From: a bacterium | GTDB lineage: Bacteria > Zhuqueibacterota > Zhuqueibacteria > Oceanimicrobiales > Oceanimicrobiaceae | Length of the DNA stretch: 64,000 nt | Reading direction: 5' to 3' | NCBI GenBank assembly: GCA_037446635.1 | Contig: JBBIIG010000001.1 | Span: forward strand, 213,638 to 277,637 | Shown: positions 41,578 to 51,114 of the stretch, one piece after another | Numbering within the stretch: position 1 is the stretch's first letter | How the letters are laid out: each line of letters begins with the position of its first letter | Translations under genes and position numbers: made by a program | Notes under the pieces: generated by a model | The model's database searches: none | The model's input: only the letters and a program-made list of their open reading frames with translations | What the model was told of the DNA's origin: nothing

Positions 41578-42423
41578 TCAACCATGATGATGATTTTCGT
41601 CCTTTGGCTTCGGTTTTCGATAAAATCTTAGATTAAAGTTATCTTCGATTGCTTCTTTCAATCTTTCTGGACAACAAAACGACAAACATGGTGTACCCAA
41701 ACCTAAACTTAATCCACCGCGCCAAAGTAATTCTTTGTCATCTTCTGTTACAAAAACCTGTGATTGTTTGCAAAGCGCAGCAAGTACTAACTCAAAATCT
41801 TCGTTTGGCATTAAAGAGTTTTTTGCAAGCTCCTGTTCGTATATAAATCCTTTTTTCATATACCAGTCTGATCCAAAAACTTTAATATATTCGAGGATGG
41901 AAACCCGATGTTTTCTTAACAAATCGTCAATCAGAGTGAACACGGATTTCAGTCCTTTTTTCCATTCTACAAACAGCCTTTGCATGTCAAGATAGTGTAA
42001 AGCCTCTTTAGTGTGAGACTTGTTAATGAATTTATCAATGTTTTGCTGACTTGATTCGAAGAAGTCCCAGCCTTGCCACTCCTCACATAAATTATACCAA
42101 TAATAGGAATTACCAATCTCATCAATATTGGGTTCTTTCTTGAATAGTCTTTGCCCAATATCATTTATTTCTTTGGAAATTAATTTCTTTAGAGGGTGGT
42201 TTTTATTTGAGCTTTTATCTTTAGTTGTACCCTTAACCATTGAGTATAATTCATAGACACATTTTCGAAATGTCACAACCTTGAATTTGGATTCTCTCAA
42301 AGTATCGAGAACCTCAAGTCCTTTACTAGACTCACCAACGATGTGTGCGAGTACGTTCGTATCAATAAAAGCGCTTTTTTCGGTAGGATACATTACCATT
42401 TGTTGTACATCTAATGGTTCCAT
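41578..42423 (-). CDS. AT-rich extended PIN-like domain protein
   Basis: FIDTNVL, YELY, NEDFELV, FVTED; start overlaps the hemB stop (TGATG). Confidence 0.7.
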   Translation of the reverse strand: MEPLDVQQMVMYPTEKSAFIDTNVLAHIVGESSKGLEVLDTLRESKFKVVTFRKCVYELYSMVKGTTKDKSSNKNHPLKKLISKEINDIGQRLFKKEPNIDEIGNSYYWYNLCEEWQGWDFFESSQQNIDKFINKSHTKEALHYLDMQRLFVEWKKGLKSVFTLIDDLLRKHRVSILEYIKVFGSDWYMKKGFIYEQELAKNSLMPNEDFELVLAALCKQSQVFVTEDDKELLWRGGLSLGLGTPCLSFCCPERLKEAIEDNFNLRFYRKPKPKDENHHHG

Positions 42424-43394
42424 CACCCCAGCCACTTCGCCGCATCCTTTGCGTGATAGGTCAAAATCACATCGGCGCCGGCGCGTTTGATGGACGTGAG
42501 AATTTCCAGCGTGATACCCTGCTCGTTTATCCAGCCGTTTTGCGCCGCGGCTTTCACCATTGAGTACTCGCCGCTGACGTTGTATGCCGCGAGCGGCAAA
42601 TCAAATCGCTCCTTCACCCGGCGAATCACATCGAGAAAGGCCAGCGCCGGTTTCACCATCAACATATCCGCGCCTTCCTTCACATCCAGCTCCGCTTCGC
42701 GCAACGCCTCGCGCACGTTGGCGGGATCCATTTGATGCGTGCGGCGGTCGCCAAACTTCGGCGCGGACTCCGCGGCGTCGCGGAACGGACCGTAAAAACT
42801 GGAGGCGTATTTCACCGCGTAACTCAAAATGGGAACTTTGTCAAATCCGGCTTTGTCGAGGCCATCGCGGATGGCGCCCACCATGCCATCGAGCATGCCG
42901 GAGGGCGCGACGATATCCGCGCCGGCGTGGGCGTGCGAGGTCGCCTGCTTCGCCAGCAGCGGCAACGTGACATCGTTGTCCACGGTTTGATCTTTGATCA
43001 CGCCGCAGTGGCCGTGGTCAGTGTACTCGCAAAAACAGACATCGGTGATGACGAGGATGCCCGACACCGTTTCCTTCACCGCGCGCACCGCCTGCTGAAT
43101 GATGCCGTTGTCGTTGTAGGAATCGGAGCCGTATGCATCCTTCGATTTCGGAATGCCAAACAGCATAATGGCCGGGATGCCGAGCGACTTGGCTTCCTCG
43201 ACTTCCTTCACAAGATTGTCGATGGAAAGCTGATACTGACCGGGCATCGAGGCGATAGGCTTTTTGGCTTTCGCCTCGTGGGTCACAAACAAAGGATAGA
43301 TGAAATCATCCACGGAGAGTTTGGTTTCGCGCACCATGCGCCGAATCTCGGCGGTGCCACGCAAACGACGAGGACGGATGTGGGGTTTATGCAT
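42423..43394 (-). CDS. hemB: Porphobilinogen synthase (Zn-type)
   Basis: [40 protein letters not shown]. Confidence 0.97.
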   Translation of the reverse strand: MHKPHIRPRRLRGTAEIRRMVRETKLSVDDFIYPLFVTHEAKAKKPIASMPGQYQLSIDNLVKEVEEAKSLGIPAIMLFGIPKSKDAYGSDSYNDNGIIQQAVRAVKETVSGILVITDVCFCEYTDHGHCGVIKDQTVDNDVTLPLLAKQATSHAHAGADIVAPSGMLDGMVGAIRDGLDKAGFDKVPILSYAVKYASSFYGPFRDAAESAPKFGDRRTHQMDPANVREALREAELDVKEGADMLMVKPALAFLDVIRRVKERFDLPLAAYNVSGEYSMVKAAAQNGWINEQGITLEILTSIKRAGADVILTYHAKDAAKWLG

Positions 43395-43556
43395 AGCGCA
43401 CCTTTCTGATTAAAAATTGGACGTAGATTTCGCAGCTGAACGCAGATTAAATTTTTTTGCCACGGATTCGCACGGAGGAAACACAGATTTTTTTTATTGA
43501 GATATTCGAACTACATTGCATCCGTGGGCATCTGTGTCAATCAGTGGTTTAATCTT

Positions 43557-44978
43557 TTAATTGCTATATGAATCAGCGGTTGCTGAAACCGTCGTCGGCT
43601 TTTTGCAAAACGCTGCCACCTTTTCAGCAACCCCTTCCGACTGCACGATGCAATCTCCCACGGAAATTCCGCCGCGGAAATTGCCGGAGATGAAAATTCC
43701 CGGATGATTGCGCTCAAAATTTTCGGCGGCTTCGATGCGCTGCTGGTGTCCCAACTCATATTGCGGAATCGCTTTCTCCCAACGCTTGATTTTCACGATG
43801 TCCGGCTGTCCCGCGAGTCCCATAATTTCGCGCAGATCGTTTTGCACTAATTTCAAGAGTTCATCATCGTCTCGACTCACCAACTCCGGCTGACGCATGC
43901 CGCCAACAAATGTAGTTAATGCAATGCCGCCCTCCGGCGCGCGATTCGGAAAAATGGTCGAGCTCCAAATCGTGCCGAGGAGGTTGCGCTTCTCGACTTT
44001 CGGCACGAGAAATCCGAAGCCGTCGAGGGGCCGGCAAGGCGGCTGCTTTTTGAATCCTAAGAATACCATTGCCACCGGAGGATAAACAATTTCGTGGAGT
44101 TTTTCGGAAAGCGTCGAGTCGAATGGTTGCAGCAAACTTGCTGTGACGTACGCCGGAGTGGTGAAGATCACACTTTTCGCCGTCACGATTTTCGACTGGC
44201 CGGCTTGGGTGTATTCGACTCTCCACGAATCATCATTTCGGTAAATTCTTTTGATTTCAGTTTTGGTTTGAATATTCTCGCGCAGATTCTTTTTCAAACC
44301 TTCCACCAATTCGGCCATGCCGTTTTGAAAAGAGAAAAGTTGGGCGCGAGTTTTGTCGGTCTCCGTGCGTTTCTTCCGCTCCTTCGCCCCTTTGATGGCG
44401 CCTTTGATCAAGCTGCCATAATTTTTTTCGAGGGCATAAATTTTGGCCACGGCGCTGCGCACGCTCAGCCGCTCCGGATCGCCGGCATAAACTCCGGCCA
44501 CAAACGGATTGATGGCGTAATCGAGAAATTCCTGTCCGAGCCGGCGTTTCACAAATTCGGCAATGGTTTCTTCTTTGTCCGCCGGCGCGGGAGAAATGAA
44601 CGGCTCGGCGAACAATCGCAGCTTGGCTTTCCACGAAAACAATTTTGATTTGAGAAACTGCGGCGGATTCATGGGCAGGGGCTGCAGCACGCCACCGCGC
44701 AAAACATATCGGCGACTTGCCGAGGCATTGGCGTTGACGCGACTCTCCTCCACTCCGACGGCTTTGATGAATCCGCGAATTTTGGGCGAAGTGTCGAGCG
44801 TGCTGTTGGGACCGTAGTCGATGAGAAAGCCATCGTGCTGCTCGCTCAAAATGGCGCCGCCGATGTGATCGGATTTTTCGAGGACCAAAATTTCGAAGCC
44901 GCTGCGCTGGAGGCGAAAGGCGGTGGCGAGTCCGGAGATACCGGCACCGATGATGAGGGTATCTTTTTCGAGGGTCAT
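43557..44978 (-). CDS. hemY: Protoporphyrinogen/coproporphyrinogen oxidase, HemY type
   Basis: IIGAGISGL, GPNS, GVYAGDP, GFGFLVP, IPQY. Confidence 0.93.
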   Translation of the reverse strand: MTLEKDTLIIGAGISGLATAFRLQRSGFEILVLEKSDHIGGAILSEQHDGFLIDYGPNSTLDTSPKIRGFIKAVGVEESRVNANASASRRYVLRGGVLQPLPMNPPQFLKSKLFSWKAKLRLFAEPFISPAPADKEETIAEFVKRRLGQEFLDYAINPFVAGVYAGDPERLSVRSAVAKIYALEKNYGSLIKGAIKGAKERKKRTETDKTRAQLFSFQNGMAELVEGLKKNLRENIQTKTEIKRIYRNDDSWRVEYTQAGQSKIVTAKSVIFTTPAYVTASLLQPFDSTLSEKLHEIVYPPVAMVFLGFKKQPPCRPLDGFGFLVPKVEKRNLLGTIWSSTIFPNRAPEGGIALTTFVGGMRQPELVSRDDDELLKLVQNDLREIMGLAGQPDIVKIKRWEKAIPQYELGHQQRIEAAENFERNHPGIFISGNFRGGISVGDCIVQSEGVAEKVAAFCKKPTTVSATADSYSN

Positions 44979-45062
44979 TTGCTTTGATTCAAATTTGCCA
45001 CAAAGGCACAGAGGTCACCGAGTAAAACACCATTCTTGTTAACCAGTAGAAGGCCCATGAAA

Positions 45063-45203
45063 TGCCATTTCGAGCGAAGCGAGAAATCTGACGGAGAATA
45101 GAGTCAGCGATTACGCTCATAGTTGATTTGATCAAGGGACGATCTGATTGCCGCCAGATTTCTCACCTCGACAAAAGCAAAAGCGTCGAGGTTCGAAATG
45201 ACA
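45063..45203. repeat. Bipartite inverted-repeat element
   Basis: TGCCATTTCGAGCGAAGCGAGAAATCT ... AGATTTCTC...TTCGAAATGACA, with an internal hairpin. Confidence 0.7.
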
Positions 45204-45220
45204 ATTTCCAATGGTCATTA

Positions 45221-46471
45221 TCAAACAGCCGACTCAACTTGCACTCCCTCCCAACACACCGCCTCCGTAATATGCTCGCACTGATGGCAACGCGTCGTGC
45301 GCCTCGCTTCCGAGAATTTTGGCAATTCCTGTCCGCCAATGCGGATCGGCTCAGCCGAAATCGGGCGCAACTGGCCGTTGGATGGTAACTGCACCTGCGA
45401 GATTGTCGCCTCGGCCAACGCTTGGATGAACAGCGGGTGCGAATTCAATCCACTGGTGACTTCATAATGCTGAATGCCGAACTCCTTCGCCTGATCGCGA
45501 ATCAGCATGTTGAGCTCGAACAGCGTCTCGATGTGATCGGTGACAAACGCCACCGGGATAATGAGCACCGCTTTGTGTCCAGCGTCGGCAAGTTCTTTGA
45601 GTTTGTCCGGCGTGCTGGGCGTCAGCCACTCGGCAGGACCGACTTTGCTTTGAAACGCCACGTGAAATGGCAAATCGCGTCCGCGGAAATTCATCACCTG
45701 CTCGACAGTGGAGTGAATGAGACAGCAATAGGGATCGCGGCGCTTCTTCATTTCATAAAGCGGCGTGCCGTGCGCGCTGAACACGAGCTGCATGTCCTCG
45801 CGCGCCTCTTTCGGAAATCGCTTCAGCCCCTCGTCGATGCGGCTGCTGATGGCCTGCACGAACTTCGGATGCGCCGCGTATTCGTAAACATAGGTCGTTG
45901 GCCATTTCGGGATTTCGCCGTTCTGCTCCAGCATCCACCAATAAACCAGCGACGATCCCGTGGTAGTTTTCGAATACTGCGGATAGAGCGGCAGCAGCAC
46001 CACTTTGGTCACGCCATCGCGCTGCATCTGCGCCGCGGCTTCTTCAGAGGTGGGATGCCAGTAGCGCATGGCAATATACACGCGGAATGTCACGCCCGCC
46101 GCTTTGCCGTAAGTCTGATTCAACTCGCGTTCGAGATTCTCGGCCTGCTCGCGCGTGAGTCGGTTGATGGGCGAGCCGCCGCCGATTTTCTGGTAATCGT
46201 GTCCCACCCGCTGCGACCGCCGCGTGGAGATAAATTTCGAAAGCCAATGCCGCAAAATTCCCCCAAACGGCAAATCGATGATCGCGGGATCCATGAACAG
46301 ATTGTAGAGAAATGGCTCAACATCGGCGCCGGTGTCCGGCCCGCCGAGGTTCATCAACACCACGCCAATGGTGTCGCCGGACTCGGCTTGAAGCGGTGCG
46401 GCGGGATAGTAATTGCCGGTGATTAATCGTTCATCGTATTTGTATTTTTTGAGAAAGGTTCGAGCGTCCAA
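45221..46471 (-). CDS. hemH: Ferrochelatase with Cys-rich C-terminal extension
   Basis: LMNLGGP, GGGSP, AMRYWHP, LYPQYS, FSAHG, FQSKVG..WL.P, DHIETL.E. Confidence 0.95.
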   Translation of the reverse strand: MDARTFLKKYKYDERLITGNYYPAAPLQAESGDTIGVVLMNLGGPDTGADVEPFLYNLFMDPAIIDLPFGGILRHWLSKFISTRRSQRVGHDYQKIGGGSPINRLTREQAENLERELNQTYGKAAGVTFRVYIAMRYWHPTSEEAAAQMQRDGVTKVVLLPLYPQYSKTTTGSSLVYWWMLEQNGEIPKWPTTYVYEYAAHPKFVQAISSRIDEGLKRFPKEAREDMQLVFSAHGTPLYEMKKRRDPYCCLIHSTVEQVMNFRGRDLPFHVAFQSKVGPAEWLTPSTPDKLKELADAGHKAVLIIPVAFVTDHIETLFELNMLIRDQAKEFGIQHYEVTSGLNSHPLFIQALAEATISQVQLPSNGQLRPISAEPIRIGGQELPKFSEARRTTRCHQCEHITEAVCWEGVQVESAV

Positions 46472-46504
46472 GTTTCTGACTCCTGATCTGATTTTTAACT
46501 ACGA

Positions 46505-46695
46505 GGATTAATGGATAGTTGGATCAATGGATCAATGAACGGCGAGGAGTGGTGGAGTAATGGAGTGATGGAGTAGTGTAACTCAAAACTCTGCTTTGAG
46601 ATGCAAACCAGAGGTTTGCGTTACGTCCAACATCAATCTATTGATCCATTAATCCAATAATCCGACACTCCACCACTCCAATACTCCACCACTGC
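46505..46695. repeat. Inverted arrays of 8-nt units (GGAGTAAT/GGATTAAT versus ATTAATCC/ATACTCC)
   Basis: 8-nt periodicity on both arms; similar arrays at 48138-48300. Confidence 0.75.
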
Positions 46696-46697
46696 AG

Positions 46698-48098
46698 TTA
46701 TACCGTTCGCGAATACACCGGCGTCTCCTGCGGCTTCGGCTGCTTTAGATATTTGTCGAAAACCATGGCGATGTTGCGGATGAGCAGCCGCCCCATTTCA
46801 GTGACGACGATTTTGCCGTTCGGCCATTCGATGAGTCCGTCGGCGGCGAAGCGTTCCAATTGCGGCAGCGCGTCTTCAAAATAATTGTCAAAGTTGATGT
46901 TGAATTTTTTCTCCACGCGTGATTTGTCCAATTCGAAATCGCACATGAGGCGCATAATCACATAACGCCGCAACTGATCGTCGTCGGTGAGACGGTAGCC
47001 GCGCTGCGTCGCCAGCTTGCCGCTTTCAATTCGTTTATAGTAGTGCGGGATGTCTTTGAGATTCTGCGCATACACGTTGCGCAACTGACTGATGCTCGAC
47101 ATCCCGAGTCCGTAGAGATCGCAGCCCCACTTCGTCGAGTAGCCCTGAAAATTGCGGTACAGCGTTTTCTCCCGCAGCGCCTGCGTCAGGGAGTCGTTCT
47201 CTTTGGCGAAATGATCCATGCCGATGTAAACATAGCCCACCGACGTGAGCTTCTCGATAGTTGTTTTCAAAATGCTCAGTTTCTCTGCAGCTTTTGGCAG
47301 TGTGCTTTCGTCAATTACGCGTTGATGTTTTTTCATCCACGGCACGTGGGCGTAATTGAAAATGGCCAGACGGTCCGGCGAAATATCGATGATGCGGTCG
47401 AGGGTGCGTTGGAACGAGGCCTCGGTTTGAAACGGTAGCCCGTAAATCAGGTCGAGGTTGATGCTGTCGAAGCCCCGCGCTCGCAAACCGTCGAAAGCCC
47501 AGCGCGTCAGCTCTTCGGATTGCAGGCGATTGACGGCCTGTTGCACCTGCGGCTCGAAATCCTGTACGCCCATACTGGCGCGATTAAACCCAACGTCGCG
47601 CAGGGCGTCGAGATGAGCTTCGGTCATGCCGCGCGGATCAATTTCAACGCCAATCTCAGCGTCGGGATGAAATTCGAAATGCTCGCGGGTGGCCGCAAAC
47701 AAGCGGCGAATCTGATCCGGATCGAGGTACGTGGGCGTGCCGCCGCCCCAGTGTAGCTGGGCAACCTTTCTCCCTTTTTTCGTCCGTGCCGCAATAAGTT
47801 TGATTTCTTCAATTATATAGTTGAGATAATCCTCGATGCGCTGGCGGTTGCGAGTGATGATCATCGTGCAGCCGCAAAAGTAGCACAGCGTGTCGCAAAA
47901 AGGCAGATGAAAATACAGCGACAAATCCGCGGGACTTTCGAGCTCGTTGGTTTCGCGAATTTCTTTATCGAATGCTGCCGCCGCGAATCGATCAGTAAAT
48001 TGCGGCGCGGTGGGATAGCTGGTGTAGCGCGGCCCCGGCTGATCGTACCGCCGCAGCATCTCGATGTCTACTTGCAGAGTTTTTGTTGGCGTTGACAT
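46698..48098 (-). CDS. hemN: Oxygen-independent coproporphyrinogen III oxidase
   Basis: GPRYTSYPTA, CDTLCYFCGC radical-SAM motif, GGGTP, RNFQGY. Confidence 0.96.
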   Translation of the reverse strand: MSTPTKTLQVDIEMLRRYDQPGPRYTSYPTAPQFTDRFAAAAFDKEIRETNELESPADLSLYFHLPFCDTLCYFCGCTMIITRNRQRIEDYLNYIIEEIKLIAARTKKGRKVAQLHWGGGTPTYLDPDQIRRLFAATREHFEFHPDAEIGVEIDPRGMTEAHLDALRDVGFNRASMGVQDFEPQVQQAVNRLQSEELTRWAFDGLRARGFDSINLDLIYGLPFQTEASFQRTLDRIIDISPDRLAIFNYAHVPWMKKHQRVIDESTLPKAAEKLSILKTTIEKLTSVGYVYIGMDHFAKENDSLTQALREKTLYRNFQGYSTKWGCDLYGLGMSSISQLRNVYAQNLKDIPHYYKRIESGKLATQRGYRLTDDDQLRRYVIMRLMCDFELDKSRVEKKFNINFDNYFEDALPQLERFAADGLIEWPNGKIVVTEMGRLLIRNIAMVFDKYLKQPKPQETPVYSRTV

Positions 48099-48137
48099 TG
48101 ACTACTCAATTGGTTTATTTATGTTCAAGTGGTGAGG

Positions 48138-48300
48138 GAGTATTGGAGTAATGGAGTTTTGGAGTACTGGGGTACTGAAAAAGGAAACGTCAAACGTGAG
48201 ACATGAAACGAAAATTTTGACTTTTGAAATCTGCAATTTGCAGTCTGCAATTCCATTGATCCATTAATCCATTGATCCAACAATCCAACTCAACACTCCA
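48138..48300. repeat. Inverted arrays of 8-nt and 7-nt units
   Basis: GGAGTATT/GGAGTAAT ... TCTGCAA units ... CCATTGATCCATTAATCC. Confidence 0.7.
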
Positions 48301-48308
48301 GAACTCGA

Positions 48309-49373
48309 TTACTCCATCGAGGAACCCCGCAACTTTTCACTCTCCTCCTTCACAAACTCAACCATGGCCTTTGCGTTTTCCACCGGCGTCTGCGGCAGAA
48401 TGCCGTGGCCTAAATTGAAAACGTGGCCGGCACCATCGCCGGCCTTTTCTAAAATTTTGATGACTTCCGCGCGCAGCCGATCCTTCGGCGCAAACAATGC
48501 GCACGGATCTAAATTGCCCTGCAACGCGACTCTATCTCCAACTTGTTTGCGAACTAATGCAAGATCGGCGGTCCAGGAAAGTCCGAGGGCATCGGCGCCG
48601 ATTTTTGACAGCGGTTCGAGGGAGTAACGCGCATCGCGGGCAAAAACGATGATCGGCTCGCCACTGCGTTTGATGCTCTGCACGACTTGCTTCAAATACG
48701 GCAGCGAGAATTCCCGAAAATCATCGGGGGATAACTGGCCGGCCCAGCTGTCGAAAATCTGCACCACTTGCGCACCGGCTTCAATCTGCGCGCTGAGAAA
48801 ATCGGCCACAGCGACGGTTAGTTTCTCCAACAAATTTTTTAGGAGCCCGGGGGACGTGTACATCAGACTTTTGATTTTCGTGAAATCCTTCGAACCCTGT
48901 CCTTCGACCATATACGCCGCCAGCGTCCACGGCGCGCCGGCAAATCCGATGAGCGGCACGCGGCCGTTCAATTCTTTGCGAACCAGTTTCAGTGCCTGCA
49001 AAACAAAATCGAGACCTTCTTCCGGAATCACCGGCCGCAGCTTCTCGAAATCCTTGGGATCGCGCAGTGGCGCCTCGAACACCGGCCCCCGACCTTCGTG
49101 AAAATTCAGCGCCATGCCCATGGCTTCGGGAATGACGAGAATATCGGAAAAAATAATGGCCGCGTCAACCCCGATAATGTCCACTGGCTGCAGCGTTACC
49201 TCGGCGGCCAACTCCGGCGAGTGGCACATCGTCATGAAATCGGCCTTCGCGCGGACTTTCTGATATTCGGGCAAATAGCGGCCAGCTTGTCGCATGATCC
49301 ACACTGGCGTTCTCGGCGTCGGCTCGCGGCGGCAGGCTTTGATGAGCAGATCGTTTTTTAGTTTTTCAGTCAT
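48309..49373 (-). CDS. hemE: Uroporphyrinogen decarboxylase
   Basis: WIMRQAGRYLPEY, FSDIL, QIFDSW, QGNLDP, FNLGHG. Confidence 0.97.
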   Translation of the reverse strand: MTEKLKNDLLIKACRREPTPRTPVWIMRQAGRYLPEYQKVRAKADFMTMCHSPELAAEVTLQPVDIIGVDAAIIFSDILVIPEAMGMALNFHEGRGPVFEAPLRDPKDFEKLRPVIPEEGLDFVLQALKLVRKELNGRVPLIGFAGAPWTLAAYMVEGQGSKDFTKIKSLMYTSPGLLKNLLEKLTVAVADFLSAQIEAGAQVVQIFDSWAGQLSPDDFREFSLPYLKQVVQSIKRSGEPIIVFARDARYSLEPLSKIGADALGLSWTADLALVRKQVGDRVALQGNLDPCALFAPKDRLRAEVIKILEKAGDGAGHVFNLGHGILPQTPVENAKAMVEFVKEESEKLRGSSME

Positions 49374-49394
49374 TAGCAAAATTCCACTATTCTT

Positions 49395-49423
49395 GTAGGG
49401 AACGCATTCTATGCGTTCCCTAC
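49395..49423. repeat. GTAG-type REP palindrome overlapping hemD stop
   Basis: GTAGGGAACGCAT-tct-ATGCGTTCCCTAC. Confidence 0.75.
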
Positions 49424-50209
49424 TTCGGTATAAAAATCCGCGATGGCTTGGGCTAAATCTGGAATCGTGGATTTCGCCGGCACAATGTTTGCCAGCAATT
49501 CCAGCTCGCGCAACGCCTCTGCGGTGACGCCGCCAATTGCGGCGATCTTGCATCCGTGTTTCAGCCAGCGTTCTATTTTATCGCGCCCAATTAACGCAAC
49601 AAAATTTCGAACCGTCGCGGGACTGGTGAAGGTCAGCACATCAACTGAATGGCCATTGAGCGCTTTGGCAATTTCGGAAGAATTGCATTGCGCTGGCGGT
49701 TGATTTTTGTAAACTGCCACGGTATCGACCTGCGCGCCTAATTTGACTAACTCATTCACCAAAACCTCGCGACTTTCTTGAGCTTTCGGAATGAGGATTC
49801 GCTTCCCGCGCAGGTCGATCTCGGAGAAAGCTTTCGCCAACCCTTCGGCGCGAAATTCCTCGGGCACGAGATCGACGCGCACGCCGATTTCTTGCAACGC
49901 CATTTTCGTTCTTTCTCCTACGGCTGCGATTTTCGCCGCATTCAATTCGGAAATGGAGCGGCCTCTTCCCTCGAGTCGTTTCACAAAAAATCTCACCCCG
50001 TTAACGGAAGTAAAAATCAGCCAGTCATAGCGAGATAGATTTTCGAGAGCAGCGTCGCAGGCTTCCCATGAATCCGGTGGCACGATTTCAATCGTTGGAA
50101 TCGCAATCACCTCCGCGCCCAAATGTTTGAGCGGCGCGATGAGCTCATGCGCTTGATCTTGCGCGCGGGTGACGATGATTCGTTTTCCGGCGAGTGGCTT
50201 CTTCATCAC
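49409..50209 (-). CDS. hemD: Uroporphyrinogen-III synthase
   Basis: IIVTRA, FTSVNGV, AVGERT, VYKN, FTSPATV, AIGGVT. Confidence 0.93.
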   Translation of the reverse strand: MMKKPLAGKRIIVTRAQDQAHELIAPLKHLGAEVIAIPTIEIVPPDSWEACDAALENLSRYDWLIFTSVNGVRFFVKRLEGRGRSISELNAAKIAAVGERTKMALQEIGVRVDLVPEEFRAEGLAKAFSEIDLRGKRILIPKAQESREVLVNELVKLGAQVDTVAVYKNQPPAQCNSSEIAKALNGHSVDVLTFTSPATVRNFVALIGRDKIERWLKHGCKIAAIGGVTAEALRELELLANIVPAKSTIPDLAQAIADFYTEVGNA

Positions 50210-51114
50210 GAGTTCTCTTTCAAAACCAACGCCACTTTTTCGGCAACGGCCCTGGCCTCTTCAATTCTGCCAGCAACTTTTTCTTTTCTAAAATGACTTC
50301 CATCTTCTTCCGCTACAAATGCGTGGAAGATCATTTGCCCGCCGTTGATTTCACAAAAGCCGCCCATCGGTGTCTGGCAGCCGCCGCCCATCGCTGCGAG
50401 AAATGTGCGCTCGGCGATGACGGCAATTTCCGTGAGTTGATGATTCAGCGGTTTCAGCAGAGATTCGGTCTCGTGATCGTTTTCACGAATCTCGACGCCC
50501 ACGGCGCCCTGTCCTACAGCCGGGATCATCAAATCATAGTTCAAATATTGCTGGATGCGGTGCTGCCAACCCATCCGGGTTAAACCAGCTGCCGCGAGAA
50601 CGATACCGTCGTATTCTTCACTCTCCGCTTTTCGCAGCCGCGTGTCGATGTTACCGCGAATAGCGATGATTTCAAAGTCCGGCCGCAGCGTCAGCAACTG
50701 AGATTTTCGTCGCAAACTGCTGGTGCCGATTTTCGCGCCCGCCGGCATTTCCTCCAAATTCTTTTTAAAGTGCGTCACAAAAACGTCGCGCGGGTCAACT
50801 CGCTCGGTGATGGCGCCAATCTTCAATCCCGCCGGAAATTCAGTTGGTAGGTCTTTCATACTGTGCACCGCAATATCGATTTCATTTTCGAGCAGTTTGT
50901 CCTCGATCTCCTTCACGAAAACGCCTTTGCCCGGCATCCGGCTCAATGCGGTGTCCAAAACCTTGTCGCCGGTGGTGACGATCTCGATGATCTGAATTTG
51001 CAGTTGCGGCTGGAGTTGCAAAAGCTGGTCGATGACGGCGTGGGTCTGAGCTTTGGCTAACGCACTGCGCCGGGTACCGACGCGCAGTGGTCTATTTAAA
51101 TCGTAGGAATACAA
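50206..51114 (-). CDS. hemC: Hydroxymethylbilane synthase
   Basis: GTRRSALA, GKGVFVKEIE, VHSMKD, GTSSLRR, GGGCQTP. Confidence 0.96.
   Translation of the reverse strand: MYSYDLNRPLRVGTRRSALAKAQTHAVIDQLLQLQPQLQIQIIEIVTTGDKVLDTALSRMPGKGVFVKEIEDKLLENEIDIAVHSMKDLPTEFPAGLKIGAITERVDPRDVFVTHFKKNLEEMPAGAKIGTSSLRRKSQLLTLRPDFEIIAIRGNIDTRLRKAESEEYDGIVLAAAGLTRMGWQHRIQQYLNYDLMIPAVGQGAVGVEIRENDHETESLLKPLNHQLTEIAVIAERTFLAAMGGGCQTPMGGFCEINGGQMIFHAFVAEEDGSHFRKEKVAGRIEEARAVAEKVALVLKENS

Noticed and set aside
49374..49553. 60-aa N-terminal extension of HemE in the ORF track
   Set aside because: It overlaps hemD and a REP; family similarity starts at MTEKLKND (49373).
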